Positions 25,614-38,255 of a DNA stretch of 64,000 bases are shown here, piece by piece (position 1 is the stretch's first letter; each line of letters begins with the position of its first letter). Origin of the DNA: Balanoglossus misakiensis (taxonomy: Eukaryota; Animalia; Hemichordata); assembly GCA_040954595.2 (NCBI GenBank), contig CM082589.2, positions 8,940,894 to 9,004,893 of the forward strand. The letters run 5' to 3'. Under the pieces are notes generated by a model that made no database searches, was not told where the DNA came from, and saw nothing but the letters and a program-made list of their open reading frames with translations. The position numbers and the translations under genes are program-made.

Positions 25614-27111
25614 TAGTCCTGTTTCATAAGTCAGGTCCATGACATATGTACCGACATCTGTGATTGGTCCATCTGGTAATCTTAGGTCCACTTGCGGCAC
25701 GCTGATTGGAGGGACCATATGTGTTAGGTCTTATCATTATGTATTATTCACTAGACCTTGTAGGTTAGGTCTTATTACTATGTATTATTCACTTTACAGC
25801 TCCCTGATTGGTTAATGTGTAGGTCTGGTCCTCCAGTGTTCACTGCCTCATTATGCAGGACCTTGTAGGTTAGGTCTTATTTATATGCATTTATTCAATT
25901 TTCAGCTCCCTGATTGGTTAATGTGTAGGTCTCCAGTTTTCACTGCCTCGTTATGCAAAGTCTTTTGTACTTTCTGAATACTGTTGTCGTATTCTGTCTG
26001 GCATGCTACCTGCGCATGGTCGAAGCTCGCGATCGATCCCAGTGTATAAAGAAAGGCACTCATATAATGATTGGATTTCACCTTTTCCTTCACTATTCAT
26101 GGCATTTTATGTGATACTGTGAACTAGATACTCGAAATAAAAATTGCCAGGAGAAAGTTCGCATTTATTTCCAGTGGCGGTTTGTTGAAATGGGCTAGTG
26201 TTTTGTTACGTAATGTCTTTCAGCGCATCACTTCATGTAACACCTGGCTGAATACGAAGTGTGTGCTATTCATTCGAGCAAACCAAAAATATCTTACAAT
26301 AGAAATGTTTAGAATAGCATTGCATTTCTTTGGGAAACCTCATTAGTTGCTTTACAGGTATGATTACTTTTATTGTATTTCTTTCACGAAGCTGCACCGT
26401 CATAGTTCCATTTTTATGAAAACAATATACGAATGTATAAACGGACGACGTGCTCCTTATCACAACATCTTCGTCAAAACAAATTTACTTTAAAATAGTA
26501 ATAACAACAATAATAAAATTGATGGTGAGAAGTAGGAGGGTGATTAAAAAAAAATACAACTGTTAGCTAAAATGCTTAGATGAGTTAATCAGATTTTCAA
26601 AGTTCACCTAAAAGATCATTTAATCTTTCCAGGGTGCGGTTTATGTTGGAGATAGTATCAGTCAGGCTATTTCTCAGAAAATCAATGAACGATCTGCGGA
26701 CACCTCGAATAATGTGTTACCACAACGCTAGCCAGGAAGCACATGGGACATTTCACAATGAGGCAGTGAACACTGGGGGACCAGACTGACACGTTAACCA
26801 ATCAGGGAGCTGTATGGTGAATAAATACATATTAATAAGACCTAACCTACAAGGTCCTGCATAATGAGGCAGTGAACACTGGAGGACCAGACCTACACAT
26901 TAACCAATCAGGGAGCTGTAAAGTGAATAATGCATAGTAATAAGACCTAACCTACAAGGTCTGGTGAATAATACATAGTAATAAGACCTAACACATAAGG
27001 TCCCTCCAATCAGCGAGCCGCAAGTGGACCTTAGAGAAGCGGATAAACCAATCAGAACATGTAATACGTGTGCAAAGGACCTGTAATGTAGGTCATTTTG
27101 AAACAGGACTA
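25614..27111. mobile_element. Non-autonomous DNA transposon with long (~330 bp) imperfect, internally repeated inverted arms; TAG..CTA ends (Academ-like, tentative)
   Basis: Ends TAGTCCTGTTTCA and TGAAACAGGACTA. Arms 25683-25950 and 26757-27032 are reverse complements (AGCTCCCTGATTGGTTAATGTGT / ACACATTAACCAATCAGGGAGCT). Confidence 0.8.
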
Positions 27112-28233
27112 GTGAAACGCCTATCTGTAATCCAGACCAACCGATTCCTTATTTGACGTTGTTTCCGTCTGTTTCGAATACCGAACCACTATAACGTATT
27201 CACTTTCTAAAATGTCGAGTGAATCTACAAGTTGTCATTTGGGAGTTGATATTGTATTTCGTTTTTCGATTTTCGAAAATTGAATTACAAACAGGGTTTC
27301 ACAGTTCTACCAATCGTGTGTTCTTTTACTGGAAAGTTAGGGAGCTAGCTATTAACCATTGCTACATTTTGTTCTGTTTTGAGGGAAAACACCCGACGTG
27401 ACGTTCTTTTTGGCCCAATACATCTTCAACCAAATACATTGACGACGCATCAACACATTTCCCGACAGCATTTTCAGTTGAACCACTGTAACCGGCATTT
27501 TTAGTTCATAAATTTCATCGCATACACGGATGCGGATCGACATTTTCCGTTCAATTCAGTGCACGTAACCTTGAATGCCAGTACACTAGCCTTGCCATGC
27601 GAACTAAAACAAGTTTGCTTGAACTTCTACAACTAATTAAATATTAATGAAAAGTAAAACAATTAACTAATGAGATACCGGGACATAATTCAAGAAACGC
27701 CTATGCCTGATTTATGTAAATTGTGCTGCTTTCATAGCGTGGGAACGTCCACTTCTTCACTAATACATGTCCCAAATATAGCTATGTGTAAATTTACGGT
27801 TAAGGAGATATCGTTGAATATTCATAAAAAGAAAACATTAAGCCAATGGGATTTTAGAATGTAGAGTGAAGGGAGTGTCTATGACCTTCATGACATTGAT
27901 GTATTGATCTTTATTGTCAGAAGGGTCATTGGAACGTCGGATGTATTCCCTTAAAACGTAGCAAAATGTAACAATGTAGCAAGGGTTAATGGCCAGCTCC
28001 CTAACTTTCCAGTAAAAGAACACAGGATTGGTAGAACTGTGAAACCCTGTTTGTAATTCAATTTTCGACAATCGAAAAACGAAATACAATATCAACACCC
28101 AAATGCCAACTAACTTGTAGATTCACTCGACATTTTAGAAAGTGAATACGTTATAGTGGTTCGGTATTCGAAACAGACGGAAACAACGTCAAATAAGGAA
28201 TCGGTTGGTCTGGATTACAGATAGGCGTTTCAC
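27112..28233. mobile_element. Foldback/MITE with ~270 bp near-perfect TIRs
   Basis: GTGAAACGCCTATCTGTAATCCAGACCAACC... matches the reverse complement ...GGTTGGTCTGGATTACAGATAGGCGTTTCAC. No TSD is visible. Confidence 0.85.
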
Positions 28234-28655
28234 TTGGCCGCAATTAGCCACGGACCATTTCAGCTGTTAATGAAATGATATTCCCATCCCTATCTTTGTA
28301 CTGGTACTAAGCTATAAGTAAACTGTTACACTTATCCCAAGCATAGTACTGGTATTATAACTGGTAGTCCAATGCCATGCCCATCCCCTTGCTGTGTTAA
28401 TTGATAATAAAGTGTCATACCCTCCCCTTGTTCTGTACTGTTGCTGTTAATAAAATGTTATGACAATCCCTCATTGTACTACATGTAATACTTAACTGTA
28501 AGTACAATATCATGCACATCCCCTGCTTTTTAGTAAAATGCCATGCCTTCCCCTAGTTCTGTACTATAACTGTTAGTCAAATGTCATGTCCAACACTCAC
28601 TTTGTACTATAAGTTACCAATAATAAAAATGTCATGCCCTCCCTGCTTCTCTATA

Positions 28656-31600
28656 CAGTCTGATCTCAGCCTATTAAAATTCGCCTAAACCTTACAACAG
28701 AGAGCCTCGTTTTCACTTCTATCCAATATGGCGGCCTACCGAAAACTTGAAACCTGCATGCTGGCATGAAAAGAGGTGTACACGCTTTAATTTTGGATGA
28801 CAAGGTGCGTTTTCCATCAATTATTGTCTAAATGGATGTTATCTTACGCTTTATGACGCTCGTTTTAGCTGTAATAAATTATTTTGAAACCCTGCATACT
28901 GGCGATGTGGCAGTGACTCGATCGTACGATGTTATGCATGTGAATGCTAATGTTTGAGAAGCGATACAGAAATTAGAGGGTCTTGAGCAGAGGCGTAAAT
29001 ACGGTTTTTCACAGGGTCTATGTATTAGCTATAACAGTGCCAAGTTTGGTTTGCCTACGGTGAAGCACATTGACGCGGGGCAGTGTTGAATGTGACCTCT
29101 CAAGCAACATACTATATGTATAGGACCTCCGTAAGGGTGTTTCGACTGCGTAACACGGAAACTCAGCAGATCAAATCACAGTCCCCGGGAGTCTGCCGGG
29201 ACTTTACACTGAACATAACATTGCAGATGAGTTATGAGACAATCAATGCTCGATAACAGCCTAGGTTTTGACAATGGATATTAGTGTGTTTTAGAGATTA
29301 ACCCGGATAAGTGGCGGTCTGCATAGACAGTATGTACATAGTATGCATAGTGGTGACTGTGAGGTTAATCTGACAATGAAATCATGGTTACTACAACAGA
29401 CTACACTGGTCTAACTCTCCTTCTTTCTGACATTGATTGGTAATTTGGCAATTTTTAAAAACATTTTTGTTGTTCTTTTTGATTATTTCAAATTTAAGAA
29501 TTTTATGTATATTTTTTCAATCAATAAAATTATTGCCAGCCTTATAATTCTACATTTAGTTTTCTAACTCCATATCTGAATAATCACTGTAATTATTTGT
29601 ATCATTTTCATATGCATTTGTTGTACTCTCTTGTAAATCTTCCTCAGGTAATTGGTATTCCTGTTCTACCTCTTCTATCTCTAGTATGTCAAACGTTTCA
29701 AAAGTATCCACCATTTCTTCATTCATAATCATTTCTAGAATCGAATCATCTTCACTTACTCTGTCAATATAACTTCTACTGGTGTTTTCACCACTTCTAG
29801 TGTTTTCACAGTTTGTTATGTATAGTGGTCTTTATGGAGTTTAGAATGTTATTCCTTCCATCCGTGGCATTTGCCATAGACCTCAGCAGTCTATTTAAAA
29901 CCAACAAACTATCTCTACTCTTGGAGGAAAACACAAACGACCCCTTTCTCACCATTATGAAAAGCTTCACAAAGACAAAGTATGTTGCAGTTAAAAGACT
30001 GAAAATGACTATAGAAAAATATGACTTGCATAGACAGACTGATAAATGCCCAATCAGTTACTATGCCCAGACTGGACAAAAGCCTTTCACTGTCACTCTG
30101 CACTGACAGCCCAGACAAATGCCAGTTCACACACACACCCTGAAAAGACTAGACTAAATATCAGTTCACAAAAACTCTGCACAGTGCAGACTAGACAATT
30201 GTCAGTCAAACTAAAACCACACAGACTACTCCTACACAGACTGGAAAATACCTGTTCAGTAATACTCAAACAATAACAGTTAATGAAATTTACCTTTTTA
30301 ATTTTTATTGTCAAATAAATACAATATAATATATAAAAGGTAACAACTGAGGAAAGCAAGATTAATAAAGGAAACTCCTGAATGCAAAAAAGTGTGAGAA
30401 CTGGCCACCAACCACACTAAAGGCAGACTCACTAAAAGTAAAACACCGATCGATCAGCACACTGACGCACTTCTTTCTTCGTTGTCTCCTGAAAGACAAA
30501 GAAACAAACTGTTAGGCGTACGATAATTATTGGTGAAGTTCTCAACAAGAGATTTGAGAAACACTTGCTCCGGCTTCAACACACACACGACACTGCTGCA
30601 ACAGTGCACGCCAAGCAAGGAATGATGCTGCCCAGGAAACTTTTCCTCCGGCGCGCTTACTTAAAGTCCATGTCCTGTCACATTTTGCTCCGTTTTGTTG
30701 TCATTACTCATTTGTATCCGAGTTATCGCTGTTTCTATTATTGTTACAGCGAAATAAAATATTACAATACAAACTAGTATATATATTGGTATTAAATATC
30801 AAATATGGATGTAAATATATTGCGCCAATCTTTAAAAAAACGCCCGAAAAGTTGTAGTGTGTGCAGAAAATCAGCGCGAATTTTCCGGAAATTGCCGAGT
30901 ACGCGCCGTTTTCACCCCATACACCTGTGACGTCACTAGTGGAACACATAAACAAACATGTCTGCCATTCGTACGGCGCGGTGCCTGCGGTGGTGCACGA
31001 TTTTGAAAGTGAAACCGATGACTGGGGCTGCATGACTTGTGATGCCAGAAGTGACAGCGAAGGTGGTGATATTGACCAACTTGTAGAGGCTATCGTAATG
31101 TCTAGCCAATATCATTACACATTTTCTAGAACATCGACACGTCACTATGTTCGAAGTGCTAGTGCTGCACAGCTGAGCGATATTCAGTCGCATCAAACAG
31201 TCGACACACGCTAAAATTTAAAATTGTGTGCATATTTAGTTAGAATGGAAATCACTCGGCAAAATGTTGATATTTATACAGCAGCAATTTGTGAATGTTG
31301 GCAATGTGTACTGTATCGTGCCATCGTGACTTGCCGTGCCGTTTTTGTTTTATGTTGACAACATTTACCACCCAATCCCATGGCCATGCAGTGTTATGCA
31401 CATGTGCGACGTGGTGAAAGTCTAATCGTTGCAAGAGAAAAGTAAATAGACCCAAAAATATCTAGACAGTATTTAAATGGTTGTGTAAATATGTCAAATA
31501 TTTCATCTAGTGACGATTGGCAAATTAAAAATCATAGATTCGGCACCGTTAGCAACCGAACGCATCCATAGCACAGCCAAGGCCTCAATCATCAATGGCG

Positions 31601-33133
31601 TTTGTTGGAAGCGAGCGTTTTCACCAGCGGACTTGCGTAAACCATGCGTAAACCAATGGAGGAGGTAAATTAAAACACAAAGAACCAAAACCCAAATACA
31701 TGTAATCGGTGTTTTTTAATAAATTGATTTAATAAAATGTCTTAGCACGGTAGTTGTTGCTGTTTTTATACGTATCCTAAATACGAACAACTTCCGAGCA
31801 GCTAGCAGTTGACCTAGTGTTTAGGGTTCACCCGTAAATATCTGACATTTCTGAATGCGACGACGCGTCGTAGTACATGTACTAGCTTCCAAACACGGCC
31901 ATGTTTGGAATTTGGAAGCGGGTTGCTGCATTTGTGGGGAAAATAAATCGTTGGTATTTACTGTTTATGTGATTTTAAGGAGGGTACGGCACCTGGAACT
32001 AAATCCAGCCTCGTCCTATAACCTGCTGACCATTGTACGTATCAAACGAAGTGATCTGGCGCGCACAAGTGTGCACCACAAATGATACCTGTCTCGCATT
32101 TTATTCAGTCAGTACGCCTAGTAACCCGTTTCAAAGCTACTCCTGGGTCACTGGGAAAGCTCTTCATCGATATACCGTCGTTAAATTCATGTTGCTACAC
32201 CAACCAACAACACCGTATTTCACAATTTTTGAAGTAGACGCCGGCGTTCAATGCACAACGCAAGTCATGATATTCTTTTGTGTTCCACTAGTGACGTCGT
32301 TTTCCCATTAGGGACGCGCGACATCCGAAACTTCACGATCAGCGGCATACCACAAAAGTCACCCCAAAATTACGTTTTTTTCTGTTAAAAAACACATTTT
32401 TGAAAGATTTGTTTTGCCCTTTTCCAGGAAAAATAGTATGCTTGGACATGACATCGTTTATTCCTGTTTAAATTAATGTAAAATTTTGCCAGGACCTGGA
32501 CTTTAAGGTCTACGATGACGTCTGGACACCTACTGTCCCATCATTGCGCCAAAAATCATGTCCAATCAGAGCTCTTAGCAAGAAAATAACGAAATTGGAC
32601 CGGGACATAATGATCGAAAATAGCTTGCCACAGTCGCGCATTCGCTACTTCCGGGTATGGATTCCTTCCGCCGCCATGTTAGAACATGGTACATACACAC
32701 ACTCAGTAAACAGGCATTCGCAATTTTTCCGGACCTTCAGCAGACTAAAAATACGCAAATTTCGATAAAACAATAATCAACTCAACTATTTATGTCCATT
32801 TTCGATTTTTAAAAACCGGCACATAGACGCGGGGCAGTGTTGAAAATCACGGAAAAATCGTGGATGTCCTTACGGGCACACCACTCGAAACGAGTATGAC
32901 CTAATTCTTTGGACTAACAATGGCGTGAAATATGATAGAAATAGCAACTTACCGGGTATACGTCAGTTTCAGGATGAGAATAATTCTTCTAACACAGTAT
33001 TAAGCTGGAAAAGTGAGATTATCGGTACCTCGGGAAAAAATCCTAACGGACGCATACTTAAGCACGGGGGCGCTGTTCATTTGAAATGATTTTATGCAAA
33101 TGCATGTAAATTAGGTACCCTGAAATCAGACTG
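28656..33133. mobile_element. 4.5 kb non-autonomous DNA transposon, CAG..CTG termini, TATA on both flanks
   Basis: TIR CAGTCTGATCTCAG / CTGAAATCAGACTG (1 mismatch). Paralogous empty sites at ~34857 and ~36204 read CTCTATAGTT. Confidence 0.85.
30665..32502. mobile_element. Kolobok-like non-autonomous element (TTAA TSD) nested in the 4.5 kb element
   Basis: TTAA|AGTCCATGTCCTGTCA ... TGCCAGGACCTGGACT|TTAA. Subterminal inverted GACGTCACTAGTGGAACACA at ~30929 and ~32280. Confidence 0.75.
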
Positions 33134-36100
33134 TATAGTTGTTAATAAAATGTTACTCCCCCCCCCCAAGGGTTGTACTGGTACTTGAACTGTTAGTAAA
33201 ATATCATGCCCTTGTTCCTAGTTATGAACTGAAACGTTTAGGCTAATTAACTGTAATGCTCATGTACTTGGTTGAGTAAAATGTCTGCCAATGTCTTGCC
33301 TAGTTCTACAACTCATAATAAAATGCCATGCCCTCCCCTAGTTCCGCACTGTAGGGGTCAATAAACCGTATTATCTGGCCACCCCTAGCTCTTAAGTTGA
33401 TCGTATGCCATGCCGAAACCTAGTTCTGTATAATTGTGACTTAGAGCTTAGATGGTCCTATAAATTTTATAAAACGTGTGCACACTTCAAATAGGCCGAA
33501 AATGTCATGTGTACCGACTGATAATAAACTGTCATTTCATCCCAGCTATGCACTCAAAAAATGATGTGGCATTAACACTAGAGAACGTGTACTGATCTGA
33601 GTGAATCAGATCCCGTGAGGAGTACGGTGCCCAGAGTACACGTGTACTAGTAGAGAAATGCCAAGTGTTGCTACATCTTTGCGCTTCGCCCGCCATTGCT
33701 CTCCGGAAAATAGGAGTGTGGTCGAGCGAACACGTGCGAGCGGAAAGTCGTGTTGCGACCGTCGGCGAGGAGAATTAAGACACAGCGCTAATAATAGTGT
33801 CTGTAACGACTATCACACCAAAACTCCTTTACAGTAAATATAAAAACAGACTACGTCGGAGAAGTCTTTTGACGTGTCTTCGTTCTCGAGGAGCCATTTG
33901 TATCTGTATTTGCATACCAGAAAGCCACGCCTTCCAGCCTCGTTCGCGGGTGGCTTGTTTGTAATTGCCAAAGGCGAGTTAGTCATGTGCTTAGTTTGTT
34001 GGGTGTCAATGTAATCGTCCATGTTAACTTATTTGGTACAATTCGAGACATATGCACTCAAAAATGATGTGGCATTAAACACTAGAGGACGTGTACTGAT
34101 CTGAGTGAATCAGATCCCGTGATCGCCATTGTGGGGTTTGCACTGGTATGGTAGGGCATATTCTCATCAAGGGGGACACCCTCGGGGTGCGACGACCCCT
34201 TCCCTACTGTTGCTGAAAAATACTTGTATATGAAAGTTGAAACAGTGATAGTTGCACATGAGGTATCTGATATGGCATTAACATAAACATAACAAAATAA
34301 AGTTTTGATGGTTCCTTGCAATCTGCAATTGCATGAAAATATTCTCTGTACTGTTAATTAGAGAATAATGTCTGCTCCTAATTCTGCAAAATGTGTCATA
34401 CTAAAATGTTATACCATTAGTGACACTATGACCAATAATAAAATATCATACTCTTCCCTTATGTATTTCAGCTGTTAATGAAATGATATTCCCATCCCTA
34501 TCTTTGTACTGGTACTAAGCTATAAGTAAAATGTTACACTTATCCCAAGCATAGTACTGGTATTATAACTGGTAGTCCAATGCCATGCCCATCCCCTTGC
34601 TGTGTTAATTGATAATAAAGTGTCATACCCTCCCCTTGTTCTGTACTGTTGCTGTTAATAAAATGTTATGACAATCCCTCATTGTACTACATGTAATAGT
34701 TAACGGTAAGTACAATATCATGCACATCCCTTGCTTTTTAGTAAAATGCCATGCCTTCCCCTAGTTCTGTACTATAACTGTTAGTCATATGTCATGTCCA
34801 ACACTCACTTTGTACGATAAGTTACCAATAATAAAAATGTCATGCCCTCCCTGCTTCTCTATAGTTGTTAATAAAATGTTACTCCCACCCCAAGGGTTGT
34901 ACTGGTACTTGAACTGTTAGTAAAATATCATGCCCATGTTCCTAGTTATGAACTTAAACGTTTAGGCTAATCAACTGTAATGCTCATGTACTTGGTTGAG
35001 TAAAATGTCTGCCAATGTCTTGCCTAGTTCTACAACTCATAATAAAATGCCATGCCCTCCCCTAGTTCCGCACTGTAGGGGTCAATAAACCGTATTATCT
35101 GGCCACCCCTAGCTCTTAAGTTGATCGTATGCCATGCCGAAACCTAGTTCTGTATAATTGTGACTTAGAGCTTAGATGGTCCTATAAATTTTATAAAACG
35201 TGTGCACACTTCAAATAGGCCGAAAATGTCATGTGTACCGACTGATAATAAACTGTCATTTCATCCCAGCTATGCACTCAAAAAATGATGTGGCATTAAC
35301 ACTAGAGAACGTGTACTGATCTCAGTGAATCAGATCCCGTGAGGAGTACGGTGCCCAGAGTACACGTGTACTAGTAGAGAAATGCCAAGTGTTGCTACAT
35401 CTTCGCGCTTCGCCTGCCATTGCTCTCCGGAAAATAGGAGTGTGGTCGAGCGAACACGTGCGAGCGGAAAGTCGTGTTGCGACCGTCGGCGAGCAGAATT
35501 AAGACACAGCGCTAATAATAGTGTCTGTAACGACTATCACACCAAAACTCCTTTACAGTAAATATAAAAACAGACTACGTCGGAGAAGTCTTTTGACGTG
35601 TCTTCGTTCTCGAGGAGCCATTTGTATCTGTATTTGCATACCAGAAAGCCACGCCTCCCAGCCTCGTTCGCGGGTGACTTGTTTGTAATTGGCAAAGGCG
35701 AGTTAGTCATGTGCTTAGTTTGTTGTGTGTCAATGTAATCGTCCATGTTAACTTATTTGGGACAATTCGAGACATATGCACTCAAAAATGACGTGGCATT
35801 AAACACTAGAGGACGTGTACTGATCTGAGTGAATCAGATCCCGTGAGGAGTACGGTGCCCAGAGTACACGTGTCCTAGTAAAGAAATGCCAAATGTTGCT
35901 ACATCTTCGCGCTTCGCCCGCCAAGGTCGCCATGCCCATCCCTTTGCTGTGTTAATTGACAATAAAGTGTCATACCCTCCCCTTGTTCTGTACTGTTGCT
36001 GTTAATAAAATGTTATGACAATCCCTCATTGTACTACATGTAATACATAAGTGTAAGTACAATATCATGCAAATCCCTTGCTTTTTAGTAAAATGCCATG

Positions 36101-38255
36101 CCTTCCCCTAGTTCTGTACTATAACTGTTAGTCAAATGTCATGTCCAACACTCACTTTGTACTATAAGTTACCAATAATAAAAATGTCATGCCCTCCTTG
36201 CTTCTCTATAGTTGTTCATAAAATGTTACTCCCACCCCAAGGGTAGTAGTGGTACTTGAACTGTTAGTAAAATATCATGCCCATGTTCCTAGTTATGAAC
36301 TGAAACGTTTAGGCTAATCAACTGTAATGCTCATGTACTTGGTTGAGTAAAATGTCTGCCAATGTCTTGCCTAGTTCTACAACTCATAATAAAATGCCAT
36401 GCCCTCCCCTAGTTCCGTACTGTAGGGGTCAATAAAACGCATTATCTGGCCACCCCTAGCTCTTAAGTTGATCGTATGCCATGCCGAAACCTAGTTCTGT
36501 ATTGTGACTTAGAGCTTAGATGGTCCTATAAAGCTTATAAAACTTGTGCACACTCCAAATAGGCCGAAAATGTCATGTGTACCGACTGATAATAAACTGT
36601 CATTTCATCCCAGCTATGCACTCAAAAAATGACGTGGCATTAAACACTAGAGGACGTGTACTGATCTGAGTGAATCAGATCCCGTGAGGAGTACGGTGCC
36701 CAGAGTACACGTGTCCTAGTAAAGAAATGCCAAATGTTGCTATATCTTCGCGCTTCGCCCGCCAAGGTCGCCATTGCTCTCCGGAAAATAGGAGACTGCA
36801 TGTAGTTTAGCGAGCACGTGCGAACGGACGATGGTGTTGTTACCGTCGACGAGGCGAATTAAGACACAGCGCTAATACTAGTGTCTGTCACGACTATCAC
36901 ACCAAAACTGTCCTTTACACTAAATATAAAAAAAGCTATTAAAGTCGGAGAAGTCTTTCCACGAGTCTTCGATATCGAGGAGCCATTTGTATCTGCATAA
37001 ATTTGCATTTCCAGTCTCGTTCGCGTAAGACTTGTTTGTATTTGTCAAAGGCGAGTTAGGCACGTGCTTAGATTTTTGGGTATCAGTGTAATCGTCCATG
37101 GTAACTTATTTGTCTATTACATATTTTAATGTCATCTTTCTTATCAAGCCTTGATGTAATTACATGATATTTTCGTAAACACCACGGGTTCACAGAGTTT
37201 TGCTTCCAGAATGTCTGCAGTTGAATACAGCACACACATCTGTAGCCCGGAGACACAGGCGTAGTAGGGGAAAAGGAACGCCCGGGGACAGTCTCTATTT
37301 ACGCACCGAATTCTGTGCGCAGAACGACACGGGTGGTAAATCTTGTGTGTAAGCTAATTTGTCACTCAATGTAAACCAAATGACATCATCGCATTCTAAA
37401 TAAGGAAATAGAGGTGGAGTCATGTGTGAAATTCCCGCAACGGGATGTGGGAGTGGTTTTGAAGGTGCATGAATATTCATAACCAAGCTATGTTAATTAT
37501 ATCATCCAACCACTGGCGCCCGTCAACATTTGATAGATCACTCTATATCCATTCGTTACTAAGCGACCATGATCGTTGCCAGGGCTACTATCTTTCAGCT
37601 CAGCAGGAAATTTCTCGACTGTCCCCGGGCGTTGTATTCTAGATCGACGCCTGTGTCTCCGGGCTAACACATCTGCTTCGTGCCCCAATGTCAGAGAGCG
37701 TAGCAATAAATAATGTATGGTAATTACGTATACGTCCCTTTCTTAGATCAAAATAATTTAAGTTAACAAAATAATGGTAAGTACATTAAAAATTAAATGG
37801 GGGACGAGATAAGGGTGAAGCAATAGTAATTCAAATAAAATAAAATCTAAAATAGAGGGTATGCACGTGACGTCATCCACTGGAGAGTCGCCATGTTGGA
37901 GATACACTTCCGCGTACAGCGCGCCGCGTACGCGTACGATAACATAGCATTATGCTGGCGGTACGATCAACCCCGGACTTTAGTCGTGTCGCGCTAGCTT
38001 TTGGAGAGTGGCTTTGTCCTTGACATCAATTTCATGTATGGTAAGAATCAAATAAATATGATACTACCAGTTCTGTTGTGTTTGTGTCTACTGTTTGACT
38101 CTGACATGTCTGTGTTTATGTTTCCGTAACAAGGTTACGTAACGGTAAACAAAAAATATATAAACAAACAAACGAACGAACGATCGAAAGTTTGATTACG
38201 TCATATTGACCCCATTTGTGAACCCACGTACTTGTGCGCTTGCTCATCCGTAACG

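Larger units (their letters stand above)
5295..27111 (+). repeat. Segmental duplication, copy 1 (~21.8 kb)
   Basis: Collinear and near-identical to 38826-60633 (offset ~33.5 kb). Shared sequence starts at TTTTATTTAAATCTAAAAGTG and ends at TGAAACAGGACTA. ORF-track entries recur in pairs. Confidence 0.97.
28257..37110. repeat. Complex ~1.5-1.7 kb tandem repeat, three units (28257-34122 split by an insertion, 34465-35928, 35929-37110)
   Basis: Units share degenerate ~45 bp sub-repeats (AAAATGYCATGCCCTCCCCTAGTTCTGTACT) and a module starting TATGCACTCAAAAA at 33547, 34051, 35271, 35776 and 36615. Confidence 0.85.

Noticed and set aside
30861-31214. 117 aa ORF within the Kolobok-like element
   Set aside because: It could be a relic of a Kolobok accessory gene, but I see no diagnostic motif.
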